This document shows, in pieces, positions 57,729 to 64,000 of a DNA stretch of 64,000 nt; the first letter of the stretch is position 1, and each line of letters starts with the position of its first letter. The notes under the pieces are model-generated. The model was not told the DNA's origin and did not search any database. It saw only the letters and a list, made by a program, of their open reading frames with translations. The stretch is from Paludibacteraceae bacterium (GTDB lineage: Bacteria; Bacteroidota; Bacteroidia; Bacteroidales; Paludibacteraceae). Where the stretch lies: NCBI GenBank assembly GCA_017527905.1, contig JAFXPK010000051.1, positions 16,388 through 80,387 on the forward strand, written 5' to 3'. The position numbers were made by a program, and so were the translations under genes.

Positions 57729-60119
57729 TCACAATTCCACCTTCACACTTCCCGTAGCGGTTTTAACGACATACACCCCTTCGGAAGGCATGGTGAAGTT
57801 TAGCGTTTCGCTCGCCGAAGCCTGTGCGGTGCGCAACAATTGTCCATTAAGGTTGTATACTTCGACAAGTCCATCGACTCCACGTACACAGATGGTGAGG
57901 TTTTCGGTCCAAGTGAAGAAGTCACAAGAAAGCGGCATGTCATCACCCCACTCTTCGTTCAAATAGGCCACCCTCCAACCTTCAGGTATTTTGCTTACGC
58001 CATACTCTGCAGGCAATTCCTTCGGGCAAATGAAGGTGCCCGTTGGAGCGACGCCCTCGACCCAAGTATCCGTAGCTGTTCCATACTCATCCTCCGACCA
58101 CTCAGAGAAGTTCACCTTGATTTGAGAGAGGTTTGAGCAGCCATTGAACATGTGTTGGAAGCAACCCTGAGCACATGCAGCAGCAGGAAGTGTCGGAGCC
58201 TGTGTCAAGCTAGTACAGTCATTGAACATTCCATAGTAACAATTCTCCGCCATGGAATCAGCAGGGAGTTCAGGGGCCTTGACCAAACTTGAGCAACCAG
58301 CGAACATTCCCGCATAACATCGCTCGCTTAATTCTTTGGCAGGGAGTAAAGGAGCGCTCTTCAGATTGGTGCAACCAAAGAACATCTTGCTATAACATCC
58401 ATACCACAACTTCGTGGCGGGAAGTTCCGGGGCTTGCGTCAGACTTGTACAATCCTTAAACAAGCGAGAGAAAAAGAATGCCTCCACCGGAAGAGATCTG
58501 CCCTTACCCGAATTGTCGACCAGGCTCATCACATTTCCACTTGCGGCGATAGAACCAGTCATGGCGAACCCCAAATGCCAGTATAATTCATCCTCATAAT
58601 CACGCTCAAAAACACCACTCCGCAAGCGAGCAGGAGCAGTTATTTGCGGAATCATCATCGCAAATCCCTCTGTATTATAACCTCTCAACAACGCTTTATC
58701 GCCCTTCTTCGCCAAAGAGACAGTCTCACCGATTCTGAGCGTGTCCCACGTAGCACCATCATCCAAGGAGTAATAAAACACTCTTTCCTCGGATCCACCC
58801 TCCATGTAAACCCTTGACCACCAATAGACAGATTCGGCGGAATCACAGACAAATCCAAAAGAAGAGCTATCCTCCTCAGCCGTGAAGGTGAGGTAGTTGA
58901 CTTTCACCGAGTCGTCAAGATACTGCACATCCCAATCATACGGAATATTGCTCGGACCATACTCATACTGCTCGGCCAATGCTCTAGGGCATTTGAAAGT
59001 ACCGGTTGCGGAAACGCTAGAGAGCCATTGGGGAGCCGAGCCATAGTTCCAATCCGAGCAGTGAACCGTGACCTCGGAAAGATTTTTGCACCCAGAGAAC
59101 ATTTCCTGATAGCAATTACCACCAACCAAAACGGTAGCAGGAAGGTCTGGGGTTTTCGTCAAACCGGTGCATCCAGAGAACATACCAAAGTAACAACCTC
59201 TTGCCAGAGTGGTAGCAGGAAGATTCGGGGCCTCCGTCAGGCCAATGCATCCAGAGAACATATTCATGCAACAATTTAAAGCTAACGTTGTGGCAGAGAT
59301 TTCAGGAGCTTGGGACAAACTGACACATTTCCAGAACATGTACGAATAACTTTCCTCATACAATGTAGTAGCAGGGAGATTAGATGTTTGCGTCAGGCTG
59401 GTACATTCAGAGAACATACTTGCGTAGCAATAATCAGCCAATGTGGTGGCGGGCAGGTCAGGAGTCCTTGTTAGGCTGGTGCATCCGGAGAACATGCCAC
59501 GGTAACAACCATATTCCAATGTGGTGGCGGGCAGGTCAGGTGCCTGCGTCAGGTTGGCACATGCAAGGAACATAGCGTCATAACAACCTTCAGCCAACGT
59601 GGTAGCAGGGAGTTCTGGGGCCTGCGTTAGGCTGCTACAAGCCCAAAACATGTTTTCGTAGCAACGATCAGCCAATTTGGTGGCAGGGAGTTCTGGTGCC
59701 CGTGTCAACTTCTCACAAATGGCGAACAAGCAATGGAAACAATGTGGACTAGGGATCGAATCAGTTTCTCCCACATTATCTATCAAACTCATCACACTTC
59801 CACTTGCGGCGATGGGGCTGTAAATCTCGAATCTGGTGCATTCAGATTGACTATGGGAGAAGCCGTTTGGATTATTTCCCCTCAATAGGATTACGTCGTT
59901 CTTCTTCTCCAAAACGATCGTATCCCATCCCGGAAGAACATTCCACGTCTCACCACCGTCCATAGAATAGTGGACGTCAGGATCATTACCTGCCTCGTTT
60001 TTCATCATAAACGAAGCACTATCGACCCCAGCCGTGAAGGTGAGGTAATTGGCAGCATGAGCAGAGCAACAAATGGCCATCAGCACAATAAGTAGCGTAA
60101 ACTTCTTTACCATAAGCAT
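57729..60119 (-). CDS. 796-aa T9SS cargo with two tandem [beta-sandwich + LRR-like 26-residue Cys repeat] modules and CTD (paralog of 51334-54978)
   Basis: NYLTFTA... appears twice, each time followed by LPATTL...CY..MF.GC..LT.AP repeats. The C-terminus is VEVYNLNGQLLRTAQASASETLNFTMPSEGVYVVKTATGSVKVEL. Confidence 0.8.
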   Translation of the reverse strand: MLMVKKFTLLIVLMAICCSAHAANYLTFTAGVDSASFMMKNEAGNDPDVHYSMDGGETWNVLPGWDTIVLEKKNDVILLRGNNPNGFSHSQSECTRFEIYSPIAASGSVMSLIDNVGETDSIPSPHCFHCLFAICEKLTRAPELPATKLADRCYENMFWACSSLTQAPELPATTLAEGCYDAMFLACANLTQAPDLPATTLEYGCYRGMFSGCTSLTRTPDLPATTLADYCYASMFSECTSLTQTSNLPATTLYEESYSYMFWKCVSLSQAPEISATTLALNCCMNMFSGCIGLTEAPNLPATTLARGCYFGMFSGCTGLTKTPDLPATVLVGGNCYQEMFSGCKNLSEVTVHCSDWNYGSAPQWLSSVSATGTFKCPRALAEQYEYGPSNIPYDWDVQYLDDSVKVNYLTFTAEEDSSSFGFVCDSAESVYWWSRVYMEGGSEERVFYYSLDDGATWDTLRIGETVSLAKKGDKALLRGYNTEGFAMMIPQITAPARLRSGVFERDYEDELYWHLGFAMTGSIAASGNVMSLVDNSGKGRSLPVEAFFFSRLFKDCTSLTQAPELPATKLWYGCYSKMFFGCTNLKSAPLLPAKELSERCYAGMFAGCSSLVKAPELPADSMAENCYYGMFNDCTSLTQAPTLPAAACAQGCFQHMFNGCSNLSQIKVNFSEWSEDEYGTATDTWVEGVAPTGTFICPKELPAEYGVSKIPEGWRVAYLNEEWGDDMPLSCDFFTWTENLTICVRGVDGLVEVYNLNGQLLRTAQASASETLNFTMPSEGVYVVKTATGSVKVEL

Positions 60120-60204
60120 TACAATTTAATTATTCCCCTAAAATGTATTTGAAAACCATCTCAATCAAATCAAACCAAAAAAATCATCTGATATTATCCA
60201 CTCC

Positions 60205-60212
60205 ACAAATAT
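60205..60212 (-). promoter_or_regulatory. -7 box TATATTTG (minus strand)
   Basis: caaatata lies 86 nt upstream of the ATG at 60119. Confidence 0.45.
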
Positions 60213-60350
60213 AACAAAAATGGATTTACATTGTACAAGTTTTTAACAATAAAATAGACATATAAATATAATCTTGAAGAAATAATTCACACAAGGAAAC
60301 GTCACAAATAGCCTGTCAGGGGCCAAGGAAGGTCTTTCAAACAAACCATT

Positions 60351-61049
60351 TCACCAAAAGAACACTCCTCCCCCATCATAGAGATAATCGTCGGAGAGTG
60401 AGACAGGTTCCAGACCGGCAGCCTCCACAAAACGAAGAAGTGCAGGGCCATCCTTGTGTCTCAACGGATTGCCCAAAAAGAATAGTCTATCGCCCCATCG
60501 TCCGCACGTTCCGCCTAAGAAGCCGTAGCGATGCACAGGGATACGTATCTCCTCGGGGGAGAAGAGGAACGATGCGAAGCCATCACTCTCCAAGGCTTTG
60601 TGAATGCCCGCATCGGAAGTGATGAAAGACTGGTTGGAAAGGGGAAACATCGAGCAACGGGTATAGGACTGCGGAAGTTCAACGAAGCGCTTTCCATGGT
60701 TCAAGGCGAGCAAGGCCTCGTCCGTATAGCCTTTCCGGTGAAAGAGGCAGGTGTCGGTCGACACACAATTGTACAGGCTGGAATCCCGCAGGGACTCCCC
60801 CACAGGCGAATCTCCCCAACGGAAGGGCACGGAAAGGGAAGCGAGCTTCTCCGCTAACGCCTGGGGCGCATTCGGTGCCAGAAGAGTGGTGTGGGAATCT
60901 TGGTAGAGAAAGACATCGGGGTGGCAGGAGACCGATTCATAGGTGATGCCTTGCGTACGGAAAAGGAAGAGCTCCTCCGCATACTCGCCCAAGCGGGACA
61001 AAAGGTGTGCGTCACACCGCGCGTCAACAAGAGCCAACCTGCACTTCAT
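60351..61049 (-). CDS. Hypothetical protein, translationally coupled to the upstream radical SAM gene
   Basis: The ORF is 232 aa and I recognise no family. Its start overlaps the radical SAM stop by 26 nt. Confidence 0.5.
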   Translation of the reverse strand: MKCRLALVDARCDAHLLSRLGEYAEELFLFRTQGITYESVSCHPDVFLYQDSHTTLLAPNAPQALAEKLASLSVPFRWGDSPVGESLRDSSLYNCVSTDTCLFHRKGYTDEALLALNHGKRFVELPQSYTRCSMFPLSNQSFITSDAGIHKALESDGFASFLFSPEEIRIPVHRYGFLGGTCGRWGDRLFFLGNPLRHKDGPALLRFVEAAGLEPVSLSDDYLYDGGGVFFW

Positions 61050-62025
61050 ACTTTCCTATATGATCATCCGTGAGCAACTTCACACGCAAATCCTTCTGTT
61101 CGAAGAAGCGTTTGTTTTTCCCGGCATATCCCCACACGAAATTCACTTGCGAGGGATGCACCTTCAGTATCATATCCTGATGGTTATAACCATTCAGTTT
61201 TTCGGCTAATATATCCGCCCATATCTCCGTCATCATCAACTCCTTGAACGACCGATGGTAAGGCCCCGCCAGCAGGGAGCGTTCGGGGGTCAGTTCCTCG
61301 GAAGCGTGGAGCCCCACACGCAGGACATTCACGCCAGCCGCCTCGAAGCGCAGGTAGAAATCCTTCGCCCAGGAGAGCGCGGTAGGCAAATCCAACGGCA
61401 CATAATGGCCCGACTCGTAGCGCTTGGCCAGCTGAGTGCCCTTGATGACCAGCGTCGGGTAGATGCGGGTATTGTCCGCACCGAGCGAGATGATATCCTC
61501 CACCGTCTGGCGGGAGCGCTCGTAGGTATCGTGCGGCAAGCCGATCATCATCTGCAGACCGAGGTGGAAACCATTCTCCAAGATCCTCTCGGAAGCCCCA
61601 CGGATCGCGTCCGCCTTATGTCCTCTGCCAGAAGCCAGGAGTACATCGTCGTTGGTAGACTGCGCCCCCAGTTCGATGGTGGTCACGCCATAGCGCTTCA
61701 GCAGATCTAGCACAGCGTCATTGATATAGTCCGGACGAGTGGAGAGGCGGATGCCGCAGATCCTACCCTCCCGCAGATAGCGGTGCGCCTCGGCGAGGTA
61801 GCGTTCCTGCAGGTCAAGAGGAATGCCCGTGAAGGAGCCTCCGAAGAAAGCCACCTCCACCTCACGTCCGTCGTTCATCGTCGAAAGGTATGTATCAATG
61901 ATTGCGGGAATCTCCTCCGGCGTCGGAACACTCATCTGTCCGCTGATCTTCGCCTGGTTGCAGAAGACGCACTGGTGCGGGCAAGCCAATTCAGGGATGA
62001 ATATGGGGATGTTCGAGTGTTTCAT
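61024..62025 (-). CDS. Radical SAM protein (Elp3-like/COG1243-type, no acetyltransferase domain)
   Basis: The N-terminus MKHSNIPIFIPELACPHQCVFCNQAKISG carries the CxxxCxxC cluster motif. The rest has TIM-barrel-like features (FFGGSFTGIPL). Confidence 0.78.
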   Translation of the reverse strand: MKHSNIPIFIPELACPHQCVFCNQAKISGQMSVPTPEEIPAIIDTYLSTMNDGREVEVAFFGGSFTGIPLDLQERYLAEAHRYLREGRICGIRLSTRPDYINDAVLDLLKRYGVTTIELGAQSTNDDVLLASGRGHKADAIRGASERILENGFHLGLQMMIGLPHDTYERSRQTVEDIISLGADNTRIYPTLVIKGTQLAKRYESGHYVPLDLPTALSWAKDFYLRFEAAGVNVLRVGLHASEELTPERSLLAGPYHRSFKELMMTEIWADILAEKLNGYNHQDMILKVHPSQVNFVWGYAGKNKRFFEQKDLRVKLLTDDHIGKYEVQVGSC

Positions 62026-62045
62026 GCCGAGAAGGGAGGGAACCC

Positions 62046-63482
62046 CTATTTCTTTTTCTTAGACTTACTCTTCCCCGTGTCCGATTTCGCGATATCGCTC
62101 AGTTTGATCTCCGTATAGACCCCGTCGATGAGGGCATAAAGGAATCCGTTGCGGATGGAGGCCTCCGTGATGCTCTTCGTCTCGGCGATGAAGTCGCCCG
62201 TCTGGTTGGATACGAAGACGGAGGATCCATTTTTCGTGTAGAGGGAGAATTGGTCCGTGACGAGCACCTTCGCCCAAATGTTATTCATATCGTAACGGTT
62301 GACGGTGGAGAAACTGGTCTTATTCACGGCGCACAGCTCATCGTCCCGCAACACGAAGATGCATGCGGTGTCGTTAATCGGTTTGAATGCGCCGAACTCA
62401 CCCTCATAGAGTGCGGAGGCGTCCAAGAAAACGTTCAGATTATGTTTTCCTCCGCTAGCGGACTTCACGATGATATCCTGCTCCACCCAACAACTATCCT
62501 TGTAGATCCGTGCGAAACGGTCTTTCGTCAAGGCATAGATCCTATCCCCTTGCTCCAGCGTGGCGACGAATTCCATGCCACGGGCCTCACCGTTATGGAC
62601 GATGTGGCCATCCTCCTTGGCGACCACGACGAAGTACGGCTCCACCGTGCCCCAACTGCTATGGACACCCTTGTTCATGTAGAAAAGCGTGGTATCATCA
62701 TGGGCGAAGAGCAACGCGTCACCGTTCGTATTGGTGGAGAGTTGAGACTTCCACACAAGCTTACCGGTAGCCTTCTCCATCTTGTAGACAAAATTAGCGG
62801 AGGCGTAATAGATGAAATCGCCTTCCTTCACATATTGCGACATATAGTCGGTTCCGTCCTTTCCCTGTCCCTTGATAAAGGAAGCCATCAGGTTACTTGC
62901 GGTACCGAAGACGCTCTCCATACCCGTGACCACCGTATTCTGCTTAGAGGCGTTCTTGATGCGTTGTTTCTTGTCCACCTCATACTCCCAGCCCTGACCA
63001 TCAGACAAGTCAATATGTCTCAAGGTAGTAGTCACAGCGAGCAGGGAAGCGTTTCCTTCCATGAAGTATTCGCTGAAGCACACACCGTCCCGCAATGGGC
63101 GGTTCCACAGAAGGTTACCCTTCCAGCGGTCCAGGCAGACGATATCCGAGCCGAAAGTAATGATTTTATCGCCGAAGAAATGGACAGGGTCCCCCTTCCT
63201 GACGTCATAGCTCCACAAGATGGAATCCTGGGAGAAGGAGTAGTCCATCAATCCGTTGCGGGTCCGCATCAGCAGCGTGCCGGAGGCGGCGTCATAGCGT
63301 GAGAACACTATCTTTTCAGAACCCAAGGAATACTGTTTGCCCTTCAGCGGGGCGTCATTTTGGCTAAACGTACCCACCTTTCCCGTCTTCACACTCATCC
63401 ATAGAACATCACCGTAATTGTCCGCCAAGCAAAGCGAACAGGCAAAGGCAAAAGCCGTCAATGTTGTCAATAATCTTCTCAT
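62046..63482 (-). CDS. Secreted beta-propeller-like (PQQ/BamB-like repeat) protein, function unknown
   Basis: The track start is a TTG at 63491. The ATG at 63482 gives MRRLLTTLTAFAFACSLCLADNYG. Recurrent LW motifs (ILWSYDV, NLLWNRPL, KLVWKSQL) suggest propeller blades. The tail is Lys-rich. Confidence 0.5.
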   Translation of the reverse strand: MRRLLTTLTAFAFACSLCLADNYGDVLWMSVKTGKVGTFSQNDAPLKGKQYSLGSEKIVFSRYDAASGTLLMRTRNGLMDYSFSQDSILWSYDVRKGDPVHFFGDKIITFGSDIVCLDRWKGNLLWNRPLRDGVCFSEYFMEGNASLLAVTTTLRHIDLSDGQGWEYEVDKKQRIKNASKQNTVVTGMESVFGTASNLMASFIKGQGKDGTDYMSQYVKEGDFIYYASANFVYKMEKATGKLVWKSQLSTNTNGDALLFAHDDTTLFYMNKGVHSSWGTVEPYFVVVAKEDGHIVHNGEARGMEFVATLEQGDRIYALTKDRFARIYKDSCWVEQDIIVKSASGGKHNLNVFLDASALYEGEFGAFKPINDTACIFVLRDDELCAVNKTSFSTVNRYDMNNIWAKVLVTDQFSLYTKNGSSVFVSNQTGDFIAETKSITEASIRNGFLYALIDGVYTEIKLSDIAKSDTGKSKSKKKK

Positions 63483-63534
63483 TACAATCAAAATTTACAT
63501 CATATCTGTAAATATACGAAAAAAAACAAAAGAG

Positions 63535-63542
63535 CAAATATA
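63535..63542 (-). promoter_or_regulatory. -7 box TATATTTG (minus strand)
   Basis: caaatata lies 53 nt upstream of the ATG at 63482. Confidence 0.5.
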
Positions 63543-63591
63543 GATGCGCAAAATTTAGGGGGTAAACGGAAAGAGGAGAGAGCGACATTGT

Positions 63592-63996
63592 TCATGAGCC
63601 CATCTGCAATTTCTCCACGACCTTCATCATGTCGGTAAGATTGCAGACATCCACCTTATCCGACAAGGGATAGGGAGAGTCCACAGGCGCCACAATGTAC
63701 GTGTGCGTCGGGTTCAAGAACTCTATGGCTTTCCAAAACCCCTCCGACACAGACGGGGCTGTAGAGGATTTGCACTCTATAGCGATCAGTTGGTCACTAT
63801 ACTGTAAGACAAGGTCCATCTCCTCACCTGTCGCACTCCTGTAAAAGAAGCATTGGGCATTGCGAGCCATGGAGCAGATATTCTCCACCACCATTCCCTC
63901 CCAAGACTCACCCATTATGGGGTTACTCAAGAGGTCATTGAATGTTTTTATCTGAAGGATCTGGTGCAAAAGTCCAGAGTCCCTGATATATATCTT
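63592..63996 (-). pseudogene. C-terminal DUF4143 portion of an AAA-type ATPase gene; probably truncated or disrupted
   Basis: GESWEGMVVENI...FFYRSATGEEMDLVLQYSDQLIAIECKSS is typical of DUF4143. The in-frame upstream sequence reads stop-DIYIRDSGLL, and the TAA is at 63999-63997. The track start is a TTG. The window ends 1 nt later, so the status of the N-terminal part cannot be seen. Confidence 0.4.
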
Positions 63997-64000
63997 AGGC

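Noticed and set aside
62250-63302. 350-aa plus-strand ORF
   Set aside because: It is antisense to the signal-peptide-bearing gene 62046-63482, which also has a -7 box at the right distance. The call on that gene is itself only moderate, but the plus-strand product looks like typical shadow sequence.
1-64000. tRNA, rRNA or tmRNA genes
   Set aside because: No T-loop-like GGTTCGAATCC motifs or rRNA-like segments were seen in any intergenic region on either strand. All intergenic spaces are explained by promoters, terminators or the repeat family.

Overview
This 64-kb window looks like a Bacteroidota (Bacteroidales-like) chromosome. I infer the taxon from three things: many proteins ending in T9SS-type C-terminal sorting domains (CTDs), TAnnTTTG -7 promoter boxes upstream of most genes, and the gene content. 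All family assignments come from motif recognition by eye; no HMM or BLAST search was run.

Housekeeping genes:
- Firmly recognisable: ftsH, rsfS, argH, pnp, metG and a class I fumarase.
- Less firmly assigned: a short arginine-decarboxylase-like PLP enzyme, WbqC, a ComEA-like protein and a radical SAM enzyme.

Predicted secreted T9SS cargo is unusually dense among them:
- Three adjacent giant paralogs carry four GH8-like catalytic modules (positions 2-16489). One of them is missing from the supplied ORF track because it runs off the left edge. Another is an in-frame head-to-tail fusion of two complete units.
- A GH16 enzyme with an N-terminal CBM-like domain.
- A tandem pair of GH9 enzymes whose CTD-coding segments share a 90-nt perfectly identical tract.
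- A tandem pair of Fn3-like proteins of unknown function.
- Two convergent proteins built from about 26-residue Cys-containing LRR-like repeats.

No SusC/SusD pair is present.

Accessory and non-coding content:
- A MITE/REP-like structured repeat family at four intergenic loci between 19 and 28.4 kb. It includes 28-bp tandem units and a 222-bp tandem duplication.
- A hicB-hicA module.
- Two tandem 26-28 aa hydrophobic peptide ORFs with their own promoter and terminator, too short for the ORF track.
- Many hairpin terminators.

No rRNA, tRNA or CRISPR array was seen. Most long ORFs in the supplied track that lie opposite the genes listed here are shadow ORFs.
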